Source: Octopus vulgaris (lineage: Eukaryota). From it: DNA of 64,000 bases. The first letter of the stretch is position 1. The number at the start of each line of letters is the position of its first letter. The notes under the pieces are model-generated. The model had not been told where the DNA came from, searched no databases, and worked only from the letters and a program-made list of their open reading frames with translations. Positions 15,195 through 29,065 of the stretch are shown here, piece by piece. Position numbers and translations under genes: made by a program. Location of the stretch: the NCBI GenBank assembly GCA_951406725.2, contig OX597817.1, positions 37,014,001 through 37,078,000 on the forward strand, written 5' to 3'.

Positions 15195-15493
15195 AGGCGC
15201 AATGGCCCAGTGGTTAGGGCAGCGGACTCGCGGTTGTAGAATCGCGGTTTCGATTCCCAGACCGGGCGTTGTGAGTGTTTATTGAGCGAAAACACCTAAA
15301 GCTCCACGAGGCTCCGGCAGGGGATGGTGGCGATCCCTGCTGTACTCTTTCGCCACAACTTTCTCTCACTCTTTCTTCTGTTGGCCTGCTCGCTTAGCCA
15401 GTGGGGTGGCGTCATTTGGAGGCTAAACCAATGTGAAGCGCATTGTGACCAGCGATGTGTAGCAACATCTGATAGCCTGGTCGGTCACGGTGA
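15193..15493 (+). mobile_element. tRNA-derived SINE, family C
   Basis: GGAGGCGCAATGGCCCAGTGGTTAGGGCAGCGGACTCG..GGTTTCGATTCCC head; four clear copies in the window. Confidence 0.85.
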
Positions 15494-16451
15494 TATATAT
15501 ATATATATATATATTCGTTTTCTTCTTGACGGTTTAGTTCCGTGTTATCCCTTTCTTGCTATGATTTGTTTTCCTTGAACTTTAGCCGTAGAAATAATGG
15601 TTTTCTTCTTCGTATAATATCGATAACACTAAATTACTGGCAAGAAGACAATATATATATGGTGAGAATCTCATCAATATCTGCTGATGGATATCTTTAT
15701 TCCATGATTGTGTAGCGATGTCACATCACAAAGACATGCCACAGCGAAAACGGATAAAGTTACCATTGCACTTGATTAACTTCCATTGTCTCATTTTCAT
15801 TCATTTTCTTACCTTAAATAATGTTAATAGAAACTCTTCTCGTTTTACAAATCATTCTTCCGGGTATTTATTTCAACAATACAGTCAGCTGTTATGCATA
15901 TAATAACCTTATCGAATCCTAACACGAACGAAAATGGATTTTGTTTAATTAGGTGGAAATTCTTCAAACAACACTGTATGATTGATATGTAATCATACAA
16001 CATATGATGATATGTTATTACAAAATGCATAACGTTGTATTTCCATATCACAATGTACATGAGTGATCGCTAATTTCGTAAAACTACTAGAGTATGAGTC
16101 GTTTTTACTCGGTTTCATTGTAAACAATGAGATATAGCAGAAACGAATCGTGAAATACAAATGCAAAAATAAATGTCTATTGCCCCAAAATACGCTTGCC
16201 AACTTCTGTGAAAAACATCGCTGAAAAAGGCTATATTTTGTGATGTTGAACTCGCTCCAGTTATCTGAAAACGGAAAAGGATCGAAACAAAATCTATTCT
16301 CTACTCTAGACACAAGGCCCGAAATTTTGGGGGAGGAAGCCAGTCGATTAAACACGGGAGCTTTGAACAAATGTTTAGACGAGATATTATCTCTCTCTCT
16401 CTCTCTCTCTCCACTACAGCAGCTTCTAGATTTCTATTCTTACATATTAGT

Positions 16452-16720
16452 GGAGGCGCAATGGCCCGGTTTCGATTCCAAAACCGGGCATTGTGTGTGT
16501 TTATTGAGCGAAAACACCTAAAAGCTCCACGAGACTCCGGCAGGGGGTGGTGGCGACCCCTATTGTACTCTTTCGCCCCAACTTTCTCTCACTCTTTCTT
16601 CCTGTTTCTTGAGTAACGCTACGATGGACTGGCGTCCCGTCCAGCTGGGGGGGGGGGGGGGCACATACGGGAAACCGGGAAACGGGGCCCATGAGCCTGG
16701 CTAGGCTTGAAAAGGGCGCA
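16452..16720 (+). mobile_element. SINE family C with a deletion in the head
   Basis: GGAGGCGCAATGGCCC is joined directly to GGTTTCGATTCC. Confidence 0.8.
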
Positions 16721-16881
16721 TAAATAATAAATAATTTTTAGATATTGACGAAGGAAACTTATGATGATTATGTGATAAACGCAGAATAAGTTCCTGTAAT
16801 TTCATAAGTTTTTCTGTCTCCCTCCTTATTTGTGGCTGAATAAATTAATTCAAGTGATATATATATATATATATATATATA

Positions 16882-17165
16882 TAATAAAATAAAATAAAAT
16901 ACAAAATGAGACAAGAACACAAAACATCAGGAGAGCTAGATGATACAAAAAGGGACAATTAAACATCCAGATAGACGATACAAACAAACAAGGACGGGTC
17001 ATTCGAAGCCTTTTATCCTCAGTCAAGAACCGGATCATCCTCGCAATTTCGGCTAATTAATCTTGAGATTGCTCCAATCTGGCCAACCCCTAGGAAAAAC
17101 TAAGCTAAGAGTGTTAGATTCCTTAGAAAAAAGCATCGAATGTATACGAAAACAAGGACAAGAAT

Positions 17166-17170
<5 letters not shown>
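16882..17170 (-). mobile_element. Short (TA)n-flanked non-coding element carrying a permuted HHR (probable PLE terminus or retrozyme-like element)
   Basis: (TA)n on both sides; an inverted, diverged copy of its end lies at 17207-17253. Confidence 0.6.
17007..17072 (-). ncRNA. Non-circularly permuted hammerhead ribozyme candidate
   Basis: GCAAT-C-TCAAGA-ttaatt-AGCC-GAA-ATTGC-(14 nt)-TCTTGA-CTGAGGA-taaaa-GGCT; all three stems are Watson-Crick. Confidence 0.75.
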
Positions 17171-17209
<39 letters not shown>

Positions 17210-17247
17210 GTCTTCCAAATGTTTTGCGTTCTTGTCCCAGTTTGTAT

Positions 17248-17320
<73 letters not shown>

Positions 17321-17632
17321 GCGAGCGCCCGTACCTTTTGGTCTTATATGTAAGTATATATATATATTATGTATATATGTATGTATGTATGTATGCGTAA
17401 GTAATTTCATATTCAGCAATACACTTTGTTGTATGCTGTTCACAGTATTCGGTTACCAGATGTCATCAACAGTATGAAGGTGTATGCATCTGGACTTACT
17501 TCAGGATTTCTTTTGTGACCGTAGAGTTTATAAAAATATGGGATATAAAAAGGGGACTTCACGAGATTCATTATTATTCATTATTATTCACAGCACATAT
17601 TATTTAAAAGCATGTTACTTATAATAACGCTG

Positions 17633-17859
17633 TCTTTTTGCCGAACCGCTAAGTTAAGTGGCGTAAGCAACCCTAGTTGTCAAAAGGTTGCAGAGAACAA
17701 GCAGTAACTCAAAGACATACACATATACGATGGACTTCTTTCGGTTTCTATCTATCAACTCTATTGACAAGGCTTCAGTCGGCCTTTGGTTATAGTAAAA
17801 GACACTTGTCCAAGGTGCCACGCAGTGGGAAGTAAACTTCTTATCACTCAGTTACGCCT
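17633..17859 (-). mobile_element. SINE family A, degenerate
   Basis: Reverse complement of the family A body. Confidence 0.7.
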
Positions 17860-18344
17860 CTTTGTATAAAGATATGTGCACAAACACATTTATCTTTAAA
17901 GATAGACTGATAGATATGTTTTAATATATATGTTTGTACGTATAACTGCGTGTGTGTCTATATATTGGTATATATCTGTGTATGTCTGAGTATTTAGAAA
18001 GAAAGATGTACAGAGAAAATAAGTGTAAAGCAGACAGTGAGTTAAAAGCTTAAGAAAAAGAAACGGTGGAGAATTAAAGTAATGATGATAAAAAGTAAAG
18101 AAAAATGGACAAATATAGTCAGATGTAAGAGCGAAGCTAAAACTCTTGCGCAGAATATTATTCGTGTTAATTCTATTATTAGAACATGAATTACTCATTA
18201 AAAGATAATTCAAGCCAGGATCATGCTTCTTTAATATGCATAATACAAAATTCTAATAGCTCTGATAATATTTGTGCAAATCTTGGGTTTTGTTATGGAT
18301 TTTAGTTTTGTTCTATTCATTTAGAAATTAATTAAATACAGGCT

Positions 18345-18510
18345 GAAACTGATGAGTTGATAAAATCGTTACAGCATCAGAAGGAGTACTTCGAACTATT
18401 TCTTCCGGCTCTTTATTTCTCAGTTCAAATACTAACCATGTCAACTTTGCTTTTAATCCTTTCGGGGTCCATAAAATAAAGTACCTGTCAAGTACTTTGG
18501 TCAATGCAAT
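18345..18510 (+). mobile_element. SINE family B, degenerate
   Basis: GTCAACTTTGCTTTTAATCCTTTCGGGGTCCATAAAATAAAGTACC core. Confidence 0.6.
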
Positions 18511-19238
18511 CAATTTGGTGTTGTGCCAAATATGAAAATATTCTTAAAATATTGTGTGTTTTAGTTGTTTCTCCGAGTTTGATTTTCAATTGAAATTCGT
18601 CAATGTTGCATTTGCTTGCGATGTTCCATCTTCGACAAAATAGTAACTCGATTTTATAATCTCTGCTCTTCTCACAATATTTGCAGCCTAATATTTTCAA
18701 TATACTTTTATGGCCTCGTTCAAATATTTGACCAATATTTGAAGAACCTGTATGCTTCTTTTCTAATAGTGGTTACTTGAAGGGAATATGGCTTAACAAG
18801 GAATTGAAACCGAGTCATGTATTCAGATTGTTGTATGCTTACTGTAGCCAGACATTAGTGCTCTAACTGTGATTCCTTTCCCTAAAGTAAATGTAACCTA
18901 GTAGCAAGTTGTTTAAGTTATTGTTCCCCTCTTGACATAATTTGCCATTATCTTTGGAAACTACATGATAATAAACATATAGCACCTAACTTTCCAAAAC
19001 AGCAGGATTCCAGTATATTATGCTTTTGATCATGTTTTTTTTTCCACTGGAAAACAAGAGAGAGCAGACGAAAGAGTGAAAGAAGGACAGATAGAGAAAT
19101 GGGGAGAAATTGTTTGTAGTTAAAATATCAATCATTTGGGAAAAGGGAGCATTGATAACAGACTGCAAATCATTTTAGCACTGCTTCATCCGAGACCGAC
19201 GTGTTTATTCGATCAGGCAAGCAATGCATTTGGTCTAT

Positions 19239-19344
19239 CACGCACTTCACGTGATCTATGTATCTGGCAAATCGGACACTTTGTCAATCACGTGACTTGT
19301 CCATCAGGAAAGCCACGTTATTTGTCTGTCTGACAAGTCACGTG
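19239..19344. promoter_or_regulatory. E-box cluster (candidate bHLH enhancer)
   Basis: TCACGTGA at 19247, TCACGTGAC at 19288, CACGTT at 19314, GTCACGTG at 19337, CACGCA at 19239. Confidence 0.5.
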
Positions 19345-20960
19345 TTTTGCTCTTTTAATAGCTATATTGTTAAAAGCTCATTCATACGTGATAGTTTTGG
19401 AAGTAGGAAGAAAAATATAATTTGTGTAATGCAACATACGTCAATAATAATGGCATCATTTGAATATATCTATCGAATAATGTTTGAGGACTATCACTAA
19501 AGTGTCAACGTATGTAACCTGCTATTTCAAACAACTCTGAAAATAACCAAGAGTGCATCTCATTTACACATATGCCACACATGAACATTTCCTCGTATTG
19601 ACCCCACAAAATACCAAACAAATACGTTTTCAGTTGTATAGAAAGTATCTATAGAAATGTTAATTTTGTTTGACTGAAAGCTTTTGTATGAAAAGAGTTA
19701 AGGTCTACTTTTGATGATAATTTTACTGACACTAATGAAAACAATATAAAAATTGATCCTAGTGAGATATTACTCTAAGATATAAGATTTGTAGCTAGGC
19801 AACCAAGATCGCGCGCTTCGCTCAAAGCTGCATCATTCCCATTTCTGAAAATGTTTTTGGTTATAATATACATCAATAATTCTAAGTACGAATTGACATA
19901 TTCTAATGGAGATTTTCACCTGATAGCTGACTGATTATTCAGAAAATTGATATGAAAGTGGAATAAGAAAAGGGGGGAAATGTAATCAATATAGCACGTA
20001 GGCAAATATTGATCAAAATGTGAAATAAGGAGCAACTGAGCCAAACAGCCAGACATATTGCGACTGTCAATTTAACATTATTGTTGATACCATCCACGTT
20101 ACATTTATAATTGTTATCATCTTCATCTCCTCTTTCTTCTATTCTTCCTCCGATTCCTTTCATTATAATCATCTCCGTCGCCCTCTTTATTATATTCCCC
20201 TTCATCAGGATCAATATCGTAATTATTGATGTTTTTATTTATTACTTTCTTTTCTTATATCATATAGAATTTTATAAATCTCGTAAAACGTGTATACAAG
20301 TAACTGATTTTAGGTATACTCTGAAAGAATGCAGCAGGTTTAAATATTATTTCCATTTTGTTGAATAAAACTATGTATATAGATGTTAGGCGTCGACATG
20401 TTTTATAGAAACAATTTTATGCAAGCCTAGTGGTAACATTCTCAAGCAGCTGCATCAGTGATAAATACATTTCTTTTTACATACCACAAAACATTACATT
20501 AATCACGTCTCTACTTATTTCTTGTATTTGCAGCTCCCTTCTGCTGGATATGCTTGCATACCATTTTAATAAATATTTATTGCAACTGCCGATATATAAC
20601 ACTTTGTACCACAAGTCGACCGCTGGTGACCTCGACAAGCACCTTTCCGATTAATGGATTCTGGACAGTTCTTAGTAGGTAGGGTATAAGATAATTGGCC
20701 ATCCACTATTTTACATCAGCCAACTGTCAATGTGGCCTCTCCGGTAGATTTTCTTATCTGTTAGTTAAGAGGACAAACAGCATCCAAGACGGGATTACTG
20801 GGTCTGGAACGAGACTTACGCACACAAATCCGGGACAGGTCCTACATCTTGCAACAGAGTAGACTCAAGTAAAGGCGTCGACGCTGCCGAAGGTGGTGTT
20901 ACACATAGAAGCTCTATAAGGTGATGTTAAACCAAGAAACTACCACTCAAATAAACTATT

Positions 20961-21215
20961 GAGAGGGATTTGGTTGACGGAAACTGTTTGAAATCCTACC
21001 TTATAAATATGCGCGTATGTGTGATTGTGTATGCGTTATTGTGTTTGTTTTCATTCAATGCGTGTTGGTTTGCTCTGTAACCAGCGGTTCGGCAAAATAA
21101 CCGATAGAATATGTAATATGCTTACAAAGAATAAGTCTTGAGGTCGATTATTCGACTAAAGTTAGTGCTCCATCATAGCCGCAGTCAAATGACTGAAACA
21201 ACTAAAAGAATAAAA
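20961..21215 (+). mobile_element. SINE family A, 5'-truncated
   Basis: GGATTTGGTTGACGGAAACTG..GCAGTCAAATGACTGAAAC. Confidence 0.75.
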
Positions 21216-21251
<36 letters not shown>

Positions 21252-22684
21252 TAACATTCATTTACAATAAGATAACATTCAATACTCCCAGACAGAAACG
21301 GATATTTATAACAAAAGCTTGCAAAGCTGATGCACATTTAAAGTCATACGAGTATGTTTTCTGAGTAAATCATCCGAGTCCTTGTGAGAATTTTCTTACA
21401 TACTTCAACTGACAACAATCCTGCTCCACACCAATATGAAACGTAATGTTAAAGAAGATGATAAATCATTTATAAGAGTTATGTTATATGAAATTAGTTA
21501 CTGACATTTGATGTGTTCAGTATCTCCTTTTCTTCAAATATAGTTTCGTGTTCTACTATGTCAAATGCTGTTGTTATTATTATTATTGTTAATGATAATA
21601 ATGATAACAAAACAATAACCAAAATAATATCATTATGGCATTATCGTTATTTATGAGAATTTCTACTGCACCGACAGGTGCACACATACATCGCGTGATT
21701 GAGGTGGGGTGCACAAATATGTTTCTACGCTACATCTGTTTCGCTTCTTCGCGAGTTTGCTTTATTTTGGTGTATATTTTAGTGTTTATTGTTAACATTA
21801 TTTTTAGCCTTGTCTCTTGTCTTAGATAGGCGTATTCATATAGAACTTCTTTTTTAGGCCTATAATTTTTTGTCTTGTTCTAACAATTAGATTCTTATTT
21901 CTGTCTCGTACCTGGGGCAGAATGTGGTTAAAAATCTATTTTTGCATTTTCCCTTGTTTGATGAAAGTAAAGTATTTCTGAAGTTAGTTTATTTTTCGTC
22001 ATGTTTGCATATACACAAAATGGCTACATCATAAAGGTGCGTTAAATATGAAAAACAGCAAAAAGAAAAGAAAGTCAACTACACAAATATAATTGTACAA
22101 GACAATTTTACAAGACATATTCTGGAAGAAAATCTATGATATTTCTATAGACAAAGGCACTAATATGAAATATACTATCGACATGTTTAGTTGCAACAAC
22201 GACAACAACTTTCATCTCACACACATCCACATACGTTTTGCTAAACAGAAGAACGGTGTTAATAGCAATGGTATTGGTTTTCTAACATTAACAATCACAA
22301 GCAGATTTTAGACTTGAAACAAACTTATGTGGAGAAAGAGATGTGCTAGCGGTTCGCCATATGCTAACACTACTACTTAGTATAAGTCCAGTGAAAGAAA
22401 ATGACGTCAACGACGTGTATTACTTAATAAAGCTTACTAAAATATTTATCCGGAAATGAGCAAGGCAAAAACTGACAAGCATTAACTAAAAAAATTACTT
22501 CCAATATAACATATATATATCACCGTGATCGCCCTAACCACTGAGCCATTCCGCCTCCACAAACACACACACACACATATATATATAAATATATTATATT
22601 ATATATATGTTACATTGAAACCATTTGAAACCAATATCTATCACATTATGATAAATATATATGATAGATATTCAGTTTCAAATG

Positions 22685-22870
22685 TTGGCGCATGACCAGC
22701 AGTTTCTTGGGGGAGGGTAATTCGATTACAGCAATCCCAGTGCTCAACTGGTTCTTATATTATCGGCCCCGAAAAGATGAAATGTAAAGTCAGCCCCGAT
22801 GGAATTTGAATTCAGAACGTAAAGATGGACGAAACGCCGAAGAGCACTCTTTTCAGCGTGCTAACGATTC
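22685..22870 (-). mobile_element. SINE family B, degenerate
   Basis: Reverse complement of the family B head and core. Confidence 0.7.
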
Positions 22871-23101
22871 CACCTTATAATTTGATATATATTAACTCTT
22901 TATGTCAGCTGAGTAAATCGGTTAATCCCTACTATTATTTTGTTGTATGCAGCAAAATACACAAAGCCACTTAAACAAGAGAATACAAAACTATATTAGA
23001 TGCCTCAACTCCACATGAAAATGAGTCTTACGAAGATAACCACTGGGAAACTGCAAATCATTTCTCCACCTTTTCTATGTAAATATATAAATATATATAT
23101 A

Positions 23102-23326
23102 TTTCTTTATTGCCCATAGGGGGCTAAACATAGCGGGGACAAACAAGGACAGACAGAGGGTTTCAGTCGATTACATCGACTCTAGTGCGCAACTGATACC
23201 TAATCGACCCCGAAAGCATGAAAGGCGAAGTCGACATTGGCGAAGTTTGAACTCAGAACGTAACGCTAGACCAAATACCGCTAAGCATTTCACCCGGCGT
23301 GCTAACGATTCTGCCAGCTCGCCGCC
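23102..23326 (-). mobile_element. SINE family B
   Basis: Colinear with 37411-37639. Confidence 0.85.
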
Positions 23327-23762
23327 TAAATATATAAATATATATATAATATACAGCGTAAATGTAAGTAGTGATCCTTTAGTTAACATTTGGCTTTGTT
23401 ATATATAACGGTACAAAAGAGTGAACATTAACCAATACCCACCTAAACACACATACACACATGTATATATACTCGCACGCCCTCGTGTACATAACGGATG
23501 TTTGTCTGTGTAGACGGTGAAATATTTTTTCCATATATTTGCCTTCGTGAAATATTCTGATCTGTTTCACTTTGTCTATATCAATCAGGCAGGCTAATGT
23601 CATGGCTGAAAATATGTTGAATTATATTTAAATATTAATGGAGCACTTTATCATTGCTTGCCTTAAACTAGACATATCGAACGGGATGTGCTACTTTTAA
23701 TACAGTTCTTTGAATTTTCTCTCTCCATTTCTCTCTTTCTCTCTCCCTAGATGCGTATTTAT

Positions 23763-23855
<93 letters not shown>

Positions 23856-24020
23856 ATATATATATATATAAAGTTGTTTTATGCCAAATTGTACATAAAA
23901 ACTATTTAACAATAAACTAAAAGATTGTTCGATACTTTTTAGTAGAATCCATATCTATTAATATTTATAAGAGAAACTGTCTTCGTCGTTTTGGCTTGCT
24001 CGTTTGCTCGTCTTCGTTAT

Positions 24021-24064
24021 ACAGTCTGATGAGGGTGACCACACCGAAACTTCAAAGCCGCTGT
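24021..24064 (+). ncRNA. Type I hammerhead ribozyme remnant with a mutated cleavage triplet
   Basis: ACAGT-CTGATGA-g-GGTG(acca)CACC-GAA-ACTT(ca)AAG-CC-GCTGT; GCC in place of GUC. Confidence 0.7.
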
Positions 24065-24096
24065 CAGATATTTCATTGTACAAGTTTACATGTGTT

Positions 24097-24180
<84 letters not shown>

Positions 24181-24699
24181 GCCATATATACATATATGTA
24201 TATACTCGAGTACGAAATTTACAATATAAATATCAGAAAATATGTTTCAGGTGTAAATTATTACACTCAGATCAACAGATCTGAGTGAATTATAGATACA
24301 CCTGAATGTTTTTGAATGCGGAATTACGTAATTTATGGACACTAACTGAGGCATTTATTCTCTAAGCACTTCTGATTTTCTCCGCCATCAAACAAATCAT
24401 GCTGTAAGTTTACATAATGAATCGTTCATTAATGTATTTGAGACTACACTAAAGTCAATACTTCTCAGATCTGATTATGGCCGATAAATGTCGCGTATTC
24501 GTGCTGAGGAAAAGAAACGAAGATTTTAGTAGTCATTGACTAATATTGGCTTTTTAATCGGCGCGTAATTGTCACTTATCATGATAACGATCATGTAACT
24601 ACAGGTTTGTATAGCCAGTTTCGGCATATTTATGTTCGTTGTTCTTCTGTCTCGTATGCTCTTAACATCACGACTGAGGGATTGTAGGAGCACCACTTT

Positions 24700-24765
<66 letters not shown>

Positions 24766-24859
24766 CATACATACACACATATACATACATGCGTGCGTGT
24801 ATACACATGTATATATACATGTGTGTGTGTGACCTGGATCGCGCGTAAATTCCAAAAAT

Positions 24860-25251
24860 GAGCGGTTATGTAGTAAGTAAATTGCTTACCAGCCACATGG
24901 TTTCGGGTTCAGTCCCACTGCGTAGCACCTAGTGCAAGTGGCTTCTACTATAGTCAAGAGCCGACCAAAGCCTTGTGAGTGAATTTGGTAGACGGAAACT
25001 GAAAGAAGCCCGTCGTATATATGTATATATATATATATATGTGTGTTTGTCTGTCTGTGTTTCCCCCCCACACACACACACATCGGTTGATACCGATGGT
25101 GGTGTGTTTACGCCCCCGTAACCTAGCAGTTCGGCAAAAGAGCCCGATAGAATAAGTACTAGGCTTACAAAGGATAAGTCCCGGGGTTGATTTGCTCGAC
25201 TAAAGGTGGTGCTCCAGCATGGCCATAGTCAAATAACTGAAACAAGTAAGA

Positions 25252-25252
<1 letters not shown>
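24860..25252 (+). mobile_element. SINE family A
   Basis: Colinear with 8103-8518. Confidence 0.85.
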
Positions 25253-25297
<45 letters not shown>

Positions 25298-26282
25298 TTT
25301 ACAGAGAGAGAGAGAGAGAGACTTGTAACTACACAGAGATGAATAGAATTCAATATAAAATAATAACTACATGTATGCGTGTGTGTGCGTGTGTGTGTGT
25401 GTGTGCCGTTTGAATTTACAAACGAAGAAAAGGCACTAAGTAAATTTATGTACATTATTAGAAGCTGATGGTCGATACACATGAATATGGTATCATACAT
25501 ATTTATATGCATGAACGTATGTATCATACGTATATGCATGGATGTATGCAACTTTATTCACGATTATAACGACATGAAAACCGACAATTTCGGAAAAAGC
25601 CCTTTTTAAATTTGTACATTTGTTCCGTTCCGAATTTCATGGACACTCCTTTGCCATTTCAACCACTGTAAATGCACATAAGCACTGATTGGTCTCTCAG
25701 AAAATTGTATCAGAAGTTATCATTATGAAGTCAGTTGTTGATGCATAACTAAGCAAACATTTAATCATTTTTTTTGCCCAGTAAATTTATCTCTCACTTA
25801 GAAAATCATGCTTTTATGTTGCCATTGATCTTCCCACTAACCTTCAAGACACACACACACTCGCACACGTACACACATTTGTAATAAAGTATTTTTCTCT
25901 ATGGTATCAGACTCCATTATGTAAATATGCTAAAATGTACAGATAATTTAATTATTGTTTTTTCTTTTTATTGGAAACGAGTGCTACGAAACCTGGTAGA
26001 TTTAAATGAAAAGCTTTGATCTACAATAACAATCGGTCTCTGCTGCAAACATGTTTGCGTAACCAGTATTTAAGTGTGTGTGTGTGTGTGTGTGTGTAAA
26101 TATAGAGACAGAAATTATAACGCTAAAACAACTATTGACATACTGTTCTTTCCTATCACATACTTATATTCTACTTTCGCTATCACATTGTTTCTATATT
26201 CCATCTATAATTCCCAAACGTATCACCAATCATTCATCATCACACGCGCGCGCGCATACGCACACTCACAGACACGTCTATA

Positions 26283-26329
<47 letters not shown>

Positions 26330-28097
26330 TAGTTTATGATATGTGTGTAACGTATGACGGATTTGGGGGTTGTCGTTTAAATGTGTACTTATTTGTTCTG
26401 AAAGAATGAATTTTGCTATTTTCATAAGCCTTTGTAGTAAACGTTGCGGGAATGGTGAGAGCAATGTCTCTGTTTGTTAAATTGATGGAAGTCGACAGCT
26501 ACTAGGAAATTAACGAAACGACAGAGAAGTCACGGGAGCCGGTATTCCCAGAAGAGAAGACTTGATGTCGTTTTAGGAATGGAACCTCGTCTGCTTCTTG
26601 AAATTGGGTGAACTCATTATGAATTATAAGTGGGCCAGGATTGGTTGACTGCATGTGGTAGAAATGAGCCAGAGGAAGACATTATAAATTTTGGTAGAAA
26701 AAGCAGAGTGGTGAAGAAAGGGTTTGTATGTGGGCCAGAGATTGGAGCATGTCTATGAATATTTTTCTACCAATAGAGAGAAAAATATGGTCTTGATCAA
26801 TGTTTGACCATTATTGGGGACTTATCCCAGATGTCTACATCACTTGATCCATCTCAGAGAAACAAGTAGCCAGTCTGTTTATATACGCATTAAAGTTAGT
26901 CTCTCCAATTCCCAGGAGCCGCTAATTTGCATACCACAATGTTTATTACCTCATTTAATAATATACGCCTGAGAACCGGGAACCCAATCAATAATATCAA
27001 GATATATGTGAAACTACGTAGAAGTCTTTCAAACATGTCAAAGTTACCTATTTCTTAGTAGTTTGAAAGAAAAATTGAAGAACAACCTTAATCGATTTTC
27101 GATTCCTGTTGCGGTGCCATCATTGGTGTCTTCATAACTTCACTAATCCAAGAGAAACAAATTGCTAATCCATTTGCATTAACAACAACTTTCTGATGTG
27201 TTATATAAATGTGAGTGTGTATGCATTGAGTACGTATGTATACAAATGTGTTTTTGTTTGTGCATACTCATGTTGTTGTTTCATCACAGATAAGCCTCGG
27301 CACAACATTCCATCTGTGATCATCCATATTTATTCAATATTTAAGATGGATTCGATCACTGTGGCATTTCTTTTCTAAAATCAACAGCCTGTAAGCCTCA
27401 CCCAGCCTTGAAGTTGGCTGTTATTTCTAGTCTGCCGTACAACACTACAGAGTCTGTCACATCGTCTCGTATGTATGTGTGTATCCAAGTTTGAATGTAT
27501 GTACATTCGTAAATATATTACTAACACCATATAAACTAATCAGGAAATAGATTCAACTAAACATTAAAAAATGTCCATTGAAGAATTCAAGGCAATTTTT
27601 ATACTTTTGCTGTGACAAAAAATAAAAACGAAAACCAATACTTCGACATGATTATCAAAAGCTTATACATCAAAGAATTTTCTAGAAGGTATTTACTATA
27701 CTCTATATAATCCGCTACTGACTGGTCAGTAGTTTTCTTTTTTTTTTTTTCACCTTTTTCAAACTTTGATATATTGAAACAGAGAAATTTGTCGATAACG
27801 TAGCAATTAGTTACAGAAAAGATATAAAGTAAGCGATGGATAGTTAGGATTTTTTTGACGGAAATAAAGAGCTATGTTTGTTTATCTCTCTAATTCTTTT
27901 TTTTTTTCTATGTCTTCTATTCTCTTTCAAACTCTCTAGCTAGATGGATATATAAATAAATATATAAATAGAGAGATAGATAGGTTTGTAAACTTATGTA
28001 TATGCACGTATGCACACATACACATAAGCGTGTATAATAGGAATACATATATGTATTTATATATATATATATGTATTTATATAACAACACAGTAGCG

Positions 28098-28986
28098 TAC
28101 AAAGTCTGATCAATAAGTATTTGGACTGTTGCCATAGTAATGAAGTTAAAGCACGCAGAGTGAAACCACTTCGCAAAGATTGACCTTGAACTTTGCTGTG
28201 CATGTGCAATAAGTTTTAGTGTTCTAGCTCACTTCCTCTGTTTACAGCAGTGTTTGGAAGGAACGTATATAGTGTGTGATCGTCGCATTGATCATAATAG
28301 AGTAAGTTGCCATGGCAATACCTGCTCAGAGGCCTGCGCAAAGTTACAGAAAGCATATGGAGAGGAGTGTATGAGCCACACACAAGTGTACGAGTGGTTC
28401 AGACGTTTCCAAGATGGCCGAAAATTGTCGATTTTGACGAAAGTTCAGGGATACCCGCAACCAGCAGTACTGAGAAAAACATCGCGAATATGCGTGCGTC
28501 TTTGAGGGGAAATCGTCGAATCATCATCCGTGAGTTATCAGAGGATGTGCAGATTAGTTACAGTTCAGTTCAGTCTATTATCACTGAAGATTTGGGTATG
28601 AGAGGCATGTCTGCCAAGTTTGTGCCAAAACTGCTTTCAGCTGACCAAAATTACACTGGGCTTTCAGTTGTACAAAATCTTGATTGTGTCGAGAACGATG
28701 AACATTTTTGAAAACTTTGCATAGGCCCCTGAGCAGGTACCACCAAGCTTTTGACAAAATTTGATGGAGACTCTCTGCTCAACTTTCTGTTATGGTTAAT
28801 GCGAAGATCACACGCTACATACCTTCCTTCTAAGCACTGCTGTAAACAGTGAAAGTAAGCTAGAGCGTTAAAACTTAGTGCGCATGCACAGAAGTGTTCA
28901 AGGTGGTCAATCTGTGCCAAGCGGCTTCACTTTGCGTGCTTTAGCGTCGTTACCATGGTAACAGTCATATTTATTGATCAGACCAC

Positions 28987-28989
<3 letters not shown>
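28098..28989 (+). mobile_element. Internally deleted mariner-family DNA transposon with imperfect inverted termini of about 200 bp and TA target duplication
   Basis: TA at 28098 and 28988; GTCTGATCAATAA..TTATTGATCAGAC ends; frameshifted N-terminal transposase (LQKAYGEECMSHTQVYEWFRRFQDG; RRIIIRELSE..LGMRGMSAKFVPKLLS); no DDD domain. Confidence 0.9.

Positions 28990-29065
<76 letters not shown>

Noticed and set aside
15193-15262. tRNA gene
   Set aside because: tRNA-like head continues into a shared SINE body in several copies
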